Below, in pieces: positions 21,349 to 31,707 of a stretch of 64,000 nt of DNA. The position numbers and the translations under genes are program-made. The stretch spans positions 1-64,000 of the forward strand of contig CBFDEM010000015.1 of the NCBI GenBank assembly GCA_965603825.1, read 5' to 3'. Under the pieces are notes generated by a model. It ran no database searches, had not been told where the DNA came from, and saw only the letters and a list, made by a program, of their open reading frames with translations. Within the stretch, counting starts at the first letter, position 1, and each line of letters begins with the position of its first letter. Origin of the DNA: Blepharisma stoltei ATCC 30299 (lineage: Eukaryota; Protista; Ciliophora).

Positions 21349-23645
21349 TGGAAGTAGAGAACCCTACGAAGGACTGGACCAGGCTTGGAGTCGTTGCAAA
21401 TGACCTTTTCCAAGAAGACCTTTATCAAGAGCGAATTCGCGATATGATTGCAAATGACTCAACCAGACTAGCAGTCTCACTTGACGACATTCGCCAAAAA
21501 GACCCAAATCTGCCAGATATGATTTTTAATGAGCCTATTGGTGCAATCCGCGAGCTGGAGACTGCATTAAAAAATGCTGTCATGAACGAAGTCGAAGCTG
21601 GGAAGAAAGTGACTCAATCCTACCGCATTACTTTTGAAGGCAATTTTGGGGTATTTTACATAACTCCAAGAGGGCTGAAGTCGACCTATACAAATAAACT
21701 CGTAAGAGTCCAGGGGATAGTCACCAGAATGAGCTTGGTGCGGCCTAAACTGATGTCTTCTTCTCATTACTGTGATGCCACCAAAAAATTTGTTGATAGA
21801 GAGTACAGTGACCAATACGACTTGGAGACTCTTAGAGACAGCTCCAGAAGCAATGCGATACCTACGCACGACCCTGATGGTCACCCTTACAGCTTTGAGT
21901 ATGGTTTGAGCAAATACAAAAATCATCAAACTTTAACGATTCAAGAATTGCCTGAACGCTCACCAGTAGGCCAGCTGCCAAGGTCAATAGAAGTTATATT
22001 AGAAGACGATCTAGTTGATAAGGTGAAGCCTGGCGACAGAGTGGATGTGGTCGGTGTTTATAAAACCATCAGCACAGCCTCATCTGGGAGTGTCGGAATT
22101 TTCAAAACAATCATTATTGCTAGCAACGTGGTTACAAGAGGCCTTGAGCTTAGTATGCCTAATATGACAGGTACAGACATCAGAAATATCAAAGAACTCA
22201 GCAAAAAGACCAATTTGTTAGAAATTCTTGGTACTTCTTTTGCGCCTTCAATTTTTGGTCACGACCAAATCAAAAAAGCACTTGTTTTATTACTGCTTGG
22301 AGGAATAGAGAAAAACTTAGAAAATGGCACCCACTTGAGAGGAGACATTAACATCATGTTTATCGGTGACCCATCAACTGCAAAATCGCAACTTCTACGA
22401 AGCATAATGAATATCGCCCCACTTGCCACAAGCACCACAGGAAGAGGTGCCTCAGGTGTAGGTCTAACTGCTGCAGTCTCTAAAGACAGAGAAACTGGTG
22501 AGAGGATTCTAGAAGCTGGCGCTATGGTTTTGGCTGACAGAGGTGTTATATGCATTGACGAATTCGATAAAATGAACGAAGTTGATCGTGTCGCCATTCA
22601 CGAAGTCATGGAGCAGCAAACAGTCACCATTGCAAAAGCAGGAATCCACACCTCACTAAATGCAAGATGCAGTGTTGTGGCTGCCGCAAACCCAATATAT
22701 GGAAGCTATATGAGAGATAAATCACCAGCTTGGAATATTGCACTGCCAGACTCTTTATTGTCTAGATTTGATTTATTATTTGTGGTTCTCGACCAAAAAA
22801 TGCCAGAAATTGATCGACTGATTGCAAGCAGAGTCATCCAAAATCACTGCTACTCAGGAAATGGCAATATTGATGATATGGACTTGGATAACCCAGTAAT
22901 AGAGCCACTGCCCGAAGAAGGAGTGCATGATGAAGAAGACACCCCTGTTTATATCAATTATGAAGGAAAAGATGTCCTTCATAGGAATTTCTTGAAAAAA
23001 TTCATTTATTATGCTAAAAAAACAGTGGAGCCGAAGCTCACCAATGAGTCTAGCAACTATATTGCTCAGTCGTGGGCGACTTTGAGGTCAAAAGAAGAGG
23101 AAGGAGGGAGGCATAGAATCGTTCCTATCACTGTGAGAACACTTGAAACACTTATCAGGCTTTCAACTGCGATTGCTAAGGCTCATCTTTCACAAACTGT
23201 TAAACTTGCTCACTGTGAGGAAGCTTTTAATTTATTGAAATTTGCTATTTTCCAAGAAGAAGAAAAACGAGTTATCCCACAGGCTGAAGAAGACGTAGAA
23301 ATGGCTGATGTTTTGACATCACTTGGAAGCAAATCCAAGAAAAGGCAGAGGAAAAGAGAAGATGAGTCAGGGAAAGTAAGCTCACTAGTGTCAAAGTCAA
23401 AAGCAGGCTCGTCCCGAGTTGCTCTAGAAGAGAGCCAAATATTGGTCTTCAGATGTCTCACAGAAAACGTAAGAAATCTAGACTTACCATCCATGAAGGT
23501 CTCCGACCTGTGGAATCTAGTCAAAGAAATCCCTAACAGCAAGATTGCAAGCAAAAGAGAATTGGTGGAAGTGGTCAAAGAGCTAAACAGCGCTGAAAAA
23601 GTCATGTACAATGAAGAGGACGAATCAGTTATTCTTATACTTTAA
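21348..23645 (+). CDS. MCM3: DNA replication licensing factor MCM3
   Basis: LENGTHLRGDINIMFIGDPSTAKSQLLR, LEAGAMVLADRGVICIDEFDKM and LLSRFDL motifs. Confidence 0.95.
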   Translation: MEVENPTKDWTRLGVVANDLFQEDLYQERIRDMIANDSTRLAVSLDDIRQKDPNLPDMIFNEPIGAIRELETALKNAVMNEVEAGKKVTQSYRITFEGNFGVFYITPRGLKSTYTNKLVRVQGIVTRMSLVRPKLMSSSHYCDATKKFVDREYSDQYDLETLRDSSRSNAIPTHDPDGHPYSFEYGLSKYKNHQTLTIQELPERSPVGQLPRSIEVILEDDLVDKVKPGDRVDVVGVYKTISTASSGSVGIFKTIIIASNVVTRGLELSMPNMTGTDIRNIKELSKKTNLLEILGTSFAPSIFGHDQIKKALVLLLLGGIEKNLENGTHLRGDINIMFIGDPSTAKSQLLRSIMNIAPLATSTTGRGASGVGLTAAVSKDRETGERILEAGAMVLADRGVICIDEFDKMNEVDRVAIHEVMEQQTVTIAKAGIHTSLNARCSVVAAANPIYGSYMRDKSPAWNIALPDSLLSRFDLLFVVLDQKMPEIDRLIASRVIQNHCYSGNGNIDDMDLDNPVIEPLPEEGVHDEEDTPVYINYEGKDVLHRNFLKKFIYYAKKTVEPKLTNESSNYIAQSWATLRSKEEEGGRHRIVPITVRTLETLIRLSTAIAKAHLSQTVKLAHCEEAFNLLKFAIFQEEEKRVIPQAEEDVEMADVLTSLGSKSKKRQRKREDESGKVSSLVSKSKAGSSRVALEESQILVFRCLTENVRNLDLPSMKVSDLWNLVKEIPNSKIASKRELVEVVKELNSAEKVMYNEEDESVILIL

Positions 23646-23697
23646 CAAGGAATTTCATAATTAATTTTAAGGTAATACTCAGACTAATTATTTAAAA

Positions 23698-25527
23698 ATG
23701 AAGTTTTGGGTTTTCATCTTGGCGCTCTACTTTTCCAAAGCTTCCGAAAGCAATGATATTTCTTCAGACGAGGACCCTGGTACCTGTGTGTGCGATTTAA
23801 CGAAAAACTCCTGTGATGCCTTTTGCTGCTGTGACGACGATTGCACATCTGCTGTAATCCAGATGTGGGAAGGAACTGATTCAGACTCAAATATGTGTGT
23901 AAGGTCAAGGTTTGGCAATAGTGATCGGTTTTCTTGTATTGATGACTCGGAAGTCTACAAGATCAACTCGAGAAGAGGCTTGAAAAAGACTGATGATTCC
24001 AGCAATGATTTAATTTGTGTCACTGTTGATAATGCTCAGCCATTTGGCAGCTTTCATACACTAGTAAGTGAGGCATCTACAAGTAAGGCTACTGATAGGA
24101 TAGACTTAACAGTTGGCTACTCTGATGTAATCTACGCACCAAAGCCAACTTATTCGTGATATAGAGATTATCAAGTAGAAGTAAATGTCACGAGCAATGA
24201 AACGACGACAGGGGTAAAAACAATCACTCAGACCCAAACATTTGTATACTTAACTCCTGGGGTTGTGATGGGGTCAGAATATTCAGGATGGGCTCATTAT
24301 CATAATAGATGGACGATCCCTGGCCCTGACAGCTATGGGCTTTGCAATGATATGAACACAATTCAGTGGCTTTATAAGGCAAATCCTGGGCCATGCACAA
24401 GGGCTTATACAGGGAGCACTTTCCAATCAATTTGTGTATCAAGTCTAAGCATTGCCACCTATATGGATTATCTACAAATTGTCCCAGGAGCCACCAATGA
24501 GACCACAACTTCTATAAACTACTACCAAATATACAAGAGGGACACCTCCACCAATACCCAGACCCTGATTCCCATCACTACACTGACAACAACATTTGAT
24601 TCGACCAATTGTATTTGCAAGAATGCCTTTTTGGAAGCTCATTATACAGTATGGACTAACAATAAGCAAAATGCGACTGATCAGATTTATGCAACTGTGG
24701 TTATTGCAGATTTAAGCTTAAGCTCGTGCACTTCAACTGCTATTGGGAACGTTACTCAGCAATTTTCTGTGAAATTTTTAACCACATCTGGGCTTGAGCA
24801 GAAGAGATCTGGGAATCCTGGGTATGTAAAAGGCAAGCCTGTTTTAGCTGGGACTTTGTCTGATAAAGTGATTAGTCAGTTTGATGATGGAATTCAGCTT
24901 TATGGAGCCAGCTCAAAAGGGGCTTGCATTTCGTCATCATCAACTCCAGTAATGGGCGGCATACAAAGCCTGAATTTTGGGCAGGATGCTGTGTATTCTT
25001 GCTATTTAGAGTACACTTTAAGCCAGCTTGAGACTGCCTGCACTACTAGTAACTTGCAAATGAGCATTTTTTCATATCAAGATATTGCTTATATAGGAAT
25101 ATTTGGGGACGCCGATGCAAATACTCTTTCAGACTGGGTTGCAGTTAACACAGATGCGATGGCAAACCCAACTGCTGAATTCAATTCTACATCGAAAACC
25201 TGCAAATTGCCAAACTTGGTCAGTTATGACATTTTTTATACAGAAACAGGAGACTTGACTAACCCACAGCCAAAAATTGTTTATGTGAAAAAATCAGTAA
25301 AAAACAATCCATGGGAATTCAAAAAGCAGCAGTCAGGAGATACACAAATATTTTTAAATACAGTTGTGTTTAGCTTCATTGAGTATACCGAAAAATATGA
25401 TCCCTATGGAAGTCCTCCACTTGACCCTATCAAAGTGATGCCAGATGACGTGATTTACCCATTTAGATACTCTTCTGGGAGTTATTTCAATATATTTTTG
25501 GGAATATGCATTTGTTTAATAATTTAA
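23698..25527 (+). CDS. Tectonic (ciliary transition-zone protein), 609 aa, one TGA=Trp
   Basis: Signal peptide, CVCDLTKNSCDAFCCCDDDC, RSGNPGYVKGKPVLAG and a hydrophobic C-terminus. The two ORF pieces are in frame across TGA 24157-24159. Confidence 0.9.
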
Positions 25528-25715
25528 TATAATTTATAATGCTATATTATATCAAACTTTAACAGTTTTTGAAATAGAGGAGTAGATTAGTCATAAGCTT
25601 TAATTTGGAACCCTGATTCATAGCATTTATCTACTTATTGTTTATTCATAGTATCTTCTAAACAAATGACAATATTTCTTTTAATTATTGCTTCCAAAGC
25701 TGGGGGATATAATTT

Positions 25716-26006
25716 ATGAGCAAAAGTTCAAGGCAAAGTTTGCAAAAAATATTCTTGCTTTACGATGAAATAATCAGTGAGCACCCAATGCTTAAAAAAG
25801 CCATAGCTGAACTGCTTAGGCTTGTTGAAGAGAAGGAAAAAGAAATTGAAGAAATTAAAAGTCAAAATTCTCCTTCAATTTCCCAAAGCACAGAAATCCA
25901 AGAAAGTGAGCCAGAAGTTTCCCATTCACCACCAACTGAGAAAAATGGTTTCATAAAAGATGAAGAAGGTTTTACAATAAATGTTAACAAAAAATGCCAA
26001 GCTTAA
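25716..26006 (+). CDS. Small hypothetical coiled-coil protein (96 aa)
   Basis: ATG-TAA ORF with coding-like composition between AT-rich spacers; no recognised domain. Confidence 0.55.
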   Translation: MSKSSRQSLQKIFLLYDEIISEHPMLKKAIAELLRLVEEKEKEIEEIKSQNSPSISQSTEIQESEPEVSHSPPTEKNGFIKDEEGFTINVNKKCQA

Positions 26007-26081
26007 AATTTAAAAATAAAATAGTTAACATTTATATTAATCTAATTCAAAATGGAATATAATTCATATATTATTTCAATC

Positions 26082-26345
26082 ATGGGCTGTTGTCACAATA
26101 CAAGTATTGATCATGATTTTTTCATGGGTTCATCTCCAAATCAATCAGGAAACGATGCAAGAGACGATGGCGTCGATAATCTCTCAGCCAGCCAAGTTTA
26201 CTTGAAGAAATCAGAAGGGAAACAAATTTTCAGACTCAAAACTCCGAACAGCCAAAAGCCTGTACTCCCAACTCCGACTTTCGGAAGCCTAAACAGTAAT
26301 ACCTCTCCATTTAGATTTGAAGATGGAACTAATAGTGTAAGATAA
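26082..26345 (+). CDS. Small hypothetical protein with N-terminal MGCC acylation motif
   Basis: In-frame ATG at 26082 gives MGCCHNTS (alternative upstream ATG at 26052); ends in TAA. Confidence 0.55.
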   Translation: MGCCHNTSIDHDFFMGSSPNQSGNDARDDGVDNLSASQVYLKKSEGKQIFRLKTPNSQKPVLPTPTFGSLNSNTSPFRFEDGTNSVR

Positions 26346-26428
26346 CTATTTAACGAGATTTTCAATTTTTAAGCTAATTTTTCTTAACTAAGTATAAGTG
26401 GCAAGGATCTTTTCTAAGGAAGCTTGTT

Positions 26429-28079
26429 CTAGCTTTGAGTATGAGTTATACCTGACATTTCTTCAAGGACTTGGCTATTTCTTCTAATTGTAAGCCTTCT
26501 TTGAGACAACCTCTTAGCGGGTGGTCTTTCGAAAACTGCACTTTCATCATCTTCCGTATTATTAACAGTAATCTGTTCAGAAAAGCCTAAATAATTTTTA
26601 CAAGTCATAATTTCTTTGAATTGGCTGAAATCCATATACTCGTTAACCTGCAGTTTGAATTCCTCTATAATATCATTAAAATCATCATCTGATATAAAAC
26701 ACCCTGCTTTTTGCAGCGCATATTTTAAATTTTTAACAGTAATACGTCCCTTATTTTCAATATCAAAATGCTGGAAAATTGCTCACAAGCTTTCCTCATC
26801 CAAAAACCTCCTCCTATCCATTGCAGCGATCAAGAACTGTGTATAGTTTAATTTTCCCTTCCCTAGGTAGCTCATGCCCCTAATAATTAAATCAAACTCA
26901 TCCGCAGCTACATCATACCCGTTTCTCTTCATTGCCTGCACAATATCTTGAGGTGTCACAAAGCCTGTCTTTGATATATCAATTTCATCAAAAGCTGCGT
27001 GCAGATCCCCTAGCTGGTCTTCTGAGAGATTTCTGACTAGCACTTTCATAGCTTCTCTTCACAGCTTGCTTGGAGTTTTAAAGCTTTTAATTGAGTTAAA
27101 TACTTCAAGGTTTATCCGGGCACTCATATCTGCTGAAAAAGAGTTAAGCCACTCATGCTTCAATGCTTGGCTGATTGTAATTCTAAGCTCTGGGTTCAAT
27201 ACAAACATTTTGGCGATCAGATCTTTGGCAGACTCTGATATATTTTGCCATACTGAGTCGTCAAAATTATAGTCCGCAATCATGATTTTTCGGAATAAAT
27301 CGTTTATGTCCAGTCCTTTAAAAGGCTGCTTTCCTGACAATAGTAAATACATGAGCACTCCAAATGACCACACGTCACATTCTTTCCCATATTTTGATTT
27401 GAGGACTTCGGGGGCAAGATAATATGGAGTTCCCACCATAGTAGTCATTGCGTCATCTCCAAATTTAATGGACATCCCAAAATCTACCAGCTTTATTTCT
27501 GCGTTGGGCTCTGAGTTCACCAGCAAGCAGTTTTCAGGTTTTATATCTCTATGTGATATTTTTAGGCTATGCAGGTGGTTGACTGCCCCTAATAAGCTTT
27601 TCATTATTTGGGCTACTTCTGTTTCCAGAAGCGTCCCTTTACTAATTAAATAGTCAAGTAAATCCCCTCCTGTGCAGAGTTCCATGACCATATGTATATA
27701 TTTACTATCCTCAAAAATTTCATAAAGTTTTACTATATTGGGATGGTCCACTAGCTGAAGGATTTCTAGTTCTCTTTTGAGCATCCACAAACCTTTTTTT
27801 ATTTTTTCTTTACTGATTGATTTAATTGCATAATGCTTCCCTTTGAGCATTTCGCTTCGGTCGAAGATAGAGCGGTTGTTATTTTTAATTATTTTAACAG
27901 CCTCCCTTACAGTTCCAAACTGTCCATAGCCTATTATTTTTACGAACTCATAATATTTCCTAATACCTGTTTGGAAGATTACTTTCTAGACGAGTGCATG
28001 CAGAAATGTCTGAGTTTTCGATTGGTTGGCCGAGTTTAGGCACTCTTAGATGATGGTCAGAGACGCAGCACACTCCCAT
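26429..28079 (-). CDS. Calcium-dependent protein kinase (kinase plus EF-hands), 544 aa, one 16-nt intron, two TGA=Trp
   Basis: MGVCC start at 28079. After removing intron 27967-27982 it reads IGYGQFGTV, then HRDIKPEN, DFG, GTPYYLAPE, junction KL(W=TGA 27059)REAMKV, and EF-hands DISKTGFVT and SL(W=TGA 26783)AIFQHFDIENKGRIT. Confidence 0.92.
27967..27982 (-). other. 16-nt spliceosomal intron GTAATCTTCCAAACAG
   Basis: GT-AG ends and A at -6. Removal joins the MGVCC exon to the kinase Gly-loop frame; both frames are otherwise blocked by TAG. Confidence 0.88.
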
Positions 28080-28117
28080 TTTTTAGCTCTTTTATATTTG
28101 GATCATGTTTATAAATA

Positions 28118-29044
28118 ATGATTTGGGTATTATTAACAATAGTAAACTTAATCCTGGGAAAAAGCTACCGGGTGCCAAGCTTTGATGATTTTTTGCAGAA
28201 ATATGAAAAGCACTATGAGAGTACGGAAGAATATATGTTGAGGAAGAGAATATACGAAGAAAACGTGAAATATATAAAAAATATAAATAATGGGGAGAAT
28301 GATGAAGGAATTATAAATTGGTTTTCGGATACAGAAGTTGGCAGTAGAAAAGAAAAGAAGGTATCTGAAGAAAGAGTCGCAAGCTATCCACCAGAATGGG
28401 ACTGGACTTTGATGGAAGCAGTCACAGAAGTGAAAAATGAAAGAGGCTGCAACAGTTCCTATATTTTTGCAGCTGTAGGAGCTGTAGAGTCACTGCTTTA
28501 TCTCCAAGGGAAAACTAATGGAACTCTTTATGAGATGTCTGAACAAGTGATTCTTGACTGTGACAAAAAGGCAACTTGCAAAGGAGAAGATATCGCAGTC
28601 CCGCTTGACTTCATGCAGAGCATGGGAACTGTAATTGAAGCTTTTTACCCATACGAAGGAAACAGCTACCGGTGCCAATTTGACTTGATGCCGCCTGACC
28701 TTTTATTTAATATTTCTGGATATAGGCAAATTCAGCCAAATAATTACACTGCACTATACGAAGCAATTACAATAAATCCGGTTGTGGTCTTTATGAATAT
28801 TGGATCTGAAGACTTTTTCTCATATGAGGCAGGAGTTTATGGTGAAGATCTGTGTCAGGCTTCTCCACTGAACCATGCTATGCTTGCTGTTGGGTATAGT
28901 GAAGGGGAATTTATAAAATTCAAAAATTCTTGGGGTCCAAACTGGGGTATGGAAGGATATGTGCTGATTGAAGTTAATAGTGCTAATGAAAGCAAAGGCG
29001 GGACGTGCGGGATACTAAAATATGGGTTAACCCCATATCTTTAA
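28118..29044 (+). CDS. Papain-family (C1A) protease homologue with catalytic Cys replaced by Ser
   Basis: Signal peptide, I29-like prodomain, YPPEWDW, VTEVKNERGCNSSYIF (canonical QGxCGSCWAF), LNHAMLAVGY and KNSWG. Confidence 0.88.
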   Translation: MIWVLLTIVNLILGKSYRVPSFDDFLQKYEKHYESTEEYMLRKRIYEENVKYIKNINNGENDEGIINWFSDTEVGSRKEKKVSEERVASYPPEWDWTLMEAVTEVKNERGCNSSYIFAAVGAVESLLYLQGKTNGTLYEMSEQVILDCDKKATCKGEDIAVPLDFMQSMGTVIEAFYPYEGNSYRCQFDLMPPDLLFNISGYRQIQPNNYTALYEAITINPVVVFMNIGSEDFFSYEAGVYGEDLCQASPLNHAMLAVGYSEGEFIKFKNSWGPNWGMEGYVLIEVNSANESKGGTCGILKYGLTPYL

Positions 29045-29121
29045 TTTTTTACACTAATTCACCCGTTATTAATTTAAAAATCACTATAGGTTTGTTATAA
29101 AATAGATGCTATTAATATATT

Positions 29122-30150
29122 TTAATTCAATATTATTTTTTCATCGCGATCCTTTAAATATTCATCTTGCTTAACTTCTTTAAACCTTGCATTGTTAAGT
29201 CTTGCTGAATATACATAAGATGGGACTCCAAAGATACAGCCTCCTCCCTGGTGAAGCATTCTTTTGTTATCCAGGAGTAGCAGCTGTGTCATATCAAGAG
29301 GAATCCAAAACCTGCTCATGTCCATAGCTTGCTCAAGCCTATCTATATGCGCAAAGTACTCATTTCCACAGAGCATTACTTCTCTTGACTCCCTAGAATA
29401 ATTAATTTCTCCGTTTTCTCCTAAATGTGGGTGCTCGCCGTAAAACATGAAATTGTCAGTTTTCAGTCTATAAGGGACTTTTGTGTTTTTTAAGTACTCG
29501 TAGGTTTCTGAGCCTTTTAGCTGCGAATGCACTCTAACGCCATCTATTACACCTACTCCAGTGTTTGCTTGTGTAATAGCTAAAACAGAAGGCACTTGCT
29601 CCATAAAGCATCCTTCGTTGTGGAAAAACTCATCACGAACAAAACAACCAGAATAAACCTGCACAAATAATTCTTTAGCGACTTCTTCCACTTGCTTTTC
29701 TTCAATTTTAGGGCCTTCAAATTGGATAATTGCGCCTCCTTTTCTTTGTATTTCAACCAAAATTGTATCAATTTTTTGTTTATCAAAGGTACTGCCTGAG
29801 CCTTTTTTTAGAAATTGTTCATCAAAATGGGAGACTCCTTGGAATGGCAATCTTTCTAGAGGTGGGAAAAAGCTCTTCCCGTGCGAAAGGTGGTAGAGGT
29901 ACTTTGATGGAAAATCGAAGGCAGCAGCATCTTCCCATATAATTTTTATGATTTGTTTTTCTCTGTCAAATAAAATGCCATCTACTCTGAAATTTGGCCA
30001 AAAAATATTTTTTTTGTGAAGAGTGCTTGATCTTCTCAGTCAGTCATAGGTAAAAAGAGTTGGTTTTCCAAATTCCCAGACACATTTGATTCCTGAAGGC
30101 TCCACGATGATGTCAATGATGTGATATTTTCTTATTAGAGCTTTCCACAT
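29122..30150 (-). CDS. Divergent gamma-butyrobetaine/trimethyllysine hydroxylase-like (TauD-fold) dioxygenase, 342 aa, one TGA=Trp
   Basis: ATG at 30150; FTYD(W=TGA 30040)LRR and IIWEDA resemble the GBBH N-terminal domain; FHNEG and LLLDNKRMLH resemble HxD/E...DNxRxLH. Confidence 0.65.
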
Positions 30151-30376
30151 TTATGAAAATATATTCGCATGTGAACAGCATAGGACATAAAATTTAATAA
30201 TTATAGATTCTGAGTACTGTAAGGAAATTCTGGTGAAGCTCTGGCATAAGGGCTAGATCTTTGGTTCTTCCTCACAGAGTTACGAAGATACGGGCTAGAA
30301 GATCTCCGAGACTCCAAAATCCAAAACTCAATAAATATTAGGCCGTTTATTATTAATTTTCTAATATATTAACATA

Positions 30377-31555
30377 TTATTCAGAGCTTTCTGATTCCGT
30401 TCTTTCACTGCCTTCTTCATCGTTTGGCTCTATATCTATGCATTCATTCTGAGCTGATTTTTCTGATTCTAAAATGCTTTGAGTGATCAAACTTACTGGT
30501 TTTTCGGATTCCTGCTCAGCTTCACAATTTTCTTCTTCCTGATCCTCTGTGCTATTGCTTTGTATAGAAGATGTGCTTGCCTTTTTCAAAAACTCAGCTA
30601 AAAGTGACTGGTGATTGTCTATCAGCTCTGCTGACGATTTTACAGTCTTTTTGTGCCTTTTTCTAGGCCCTTCAGTATTTTCTTCAAACTTTTCAATCCA
30701 ATTTTCAATATCCCGGGCATAAACATTGCACATTTCAGCTGAAACGTCGAAGTTGTCAGTTTGATAATAACTAAACAGTGAGTTTCTAATAGTATCCCTG
30801 CCATAATCCCCTTCAGAATGTATTGCATCATTATCGCTTGGCTCTTCTCCTTTCTCTACCTTGTCGATCCAATTCTGAAGCTTATAAATAGGCATGCCCA
30901 GATCTTTGGCGAGAGCTACTTTTGGGACGCCTTCTTTAATTTTGCTGACAATTACTTTTTTAGACTCAGAAGATTTTAATAAATCGCAAGGAGAAATTTC
31001 GCCTAGAATAGTCATGATTTTCTTTTTAGGGAGCTTTAAAGATTTGCTTATGTATTTTACAGGCGTGCCGCTATCGCGGAGTTTTAAGCATTCAGATTTT
31101 AATTCAAGCTTTTGGGTTTTTTCGTCTTCAGGGCATTGGCTATAGTCGCCAATCGAGTGGATAAGGTCAAGCTTGAGGTTGAAGAGTTTGGAAATCAGGG
31201 CAGGGTTAATGTTTTTGGCGTAAAGTTCACGGATATGGGCCTTCATAGTTTCGACATGATTGCTTAGCTGAACTTCAGCATTTTTTATAGGTGTTTTTAC
31301 AGGATTTAAGGCTTCTTTTGGTCTTTTCATGGGAAGAACTGGGTCAGATTTCTTTTCAGGGATCTTACAAGGTTTGAGTTTTGGAGAAGCTATTTTAGTA
31401 ATTGTGAGAGGAAGAAGTTGCTCTTTGAAGAATGTAGTCATTTGTGAGTTGAAGTTTTGGACAAAGCCGTTAAATCTTGACTGAGTTGATTCTTGAATTT
31501 GGAGAAAGCGCTGGAAAGCGTCTAGAACTGCGGCATTCTTTTCATGTCTTGACAT
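30377..31555 (-). CDS. Hypothetical nuclear protein with tandem helix-turn-helix motifs
   Basis: Four HTH-like segments (PALISKLFNL, VKYISKSLKL, KVALAKDLGMPIYKLQNWI, SAEMCNVYARDIENWI), NLS-like PRKRHKK and an acidic tail. Confidence 0.6.
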   Translation of the reverse strand: MSRHEKNAAVLDAFQRFLQIQESTQSRFNGFVQNFNSQMTTFFKEQLLPLTITKIASPKLKPCKIPEKKSDPVLPMKRPKEALNPVKTPIKNAEVQLSNHVETMKAHIRELYAKNINPALISKLFNLKLDLIHSIGDYSQCPEDEKTQKLELKSECLKLRDSGTPVKYISKSLKLPKKKIMTILGEISPCDLLKSSESKKVIVSKIKEGVPKVALAKDLGMPIYKLQNWIDKVEKGEEPSDNDAIHSEGDYGRDTIRNSLFSYYQTDNFDVSAEMCNVYARDIENWIEKFEENTEGPRKRHKKTVKSSAELIDNHQSLLAEFLKKASTSSIQSNSTEDQEEENCEAEQESEKPVSLITQSILESEKSAQNECIDIEPNDEEGSERTESESSE

Positions 31556-31707
31556 TGTAATATTTTTTATAAGCCCCCGACTTTAATAATTATTTATTTA
31601 TAAAATTAAAACAGTTTGGCCATTATTTTTTAATGAAAATTATTTAAAATTTAAATTCTTTATACAATTCTTATTAAAGCACGAAATTAAATAAAGTGAG
31701 TTATTTA

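Noticed and set aside
30233-30265. SECIS-like GTGA-N11-AA hairpin on the plus strand
   Set aside because: Lacks the 3' GA needed for the non-Watson-Crick quartet and is on the opposite strand to both flanking genes.
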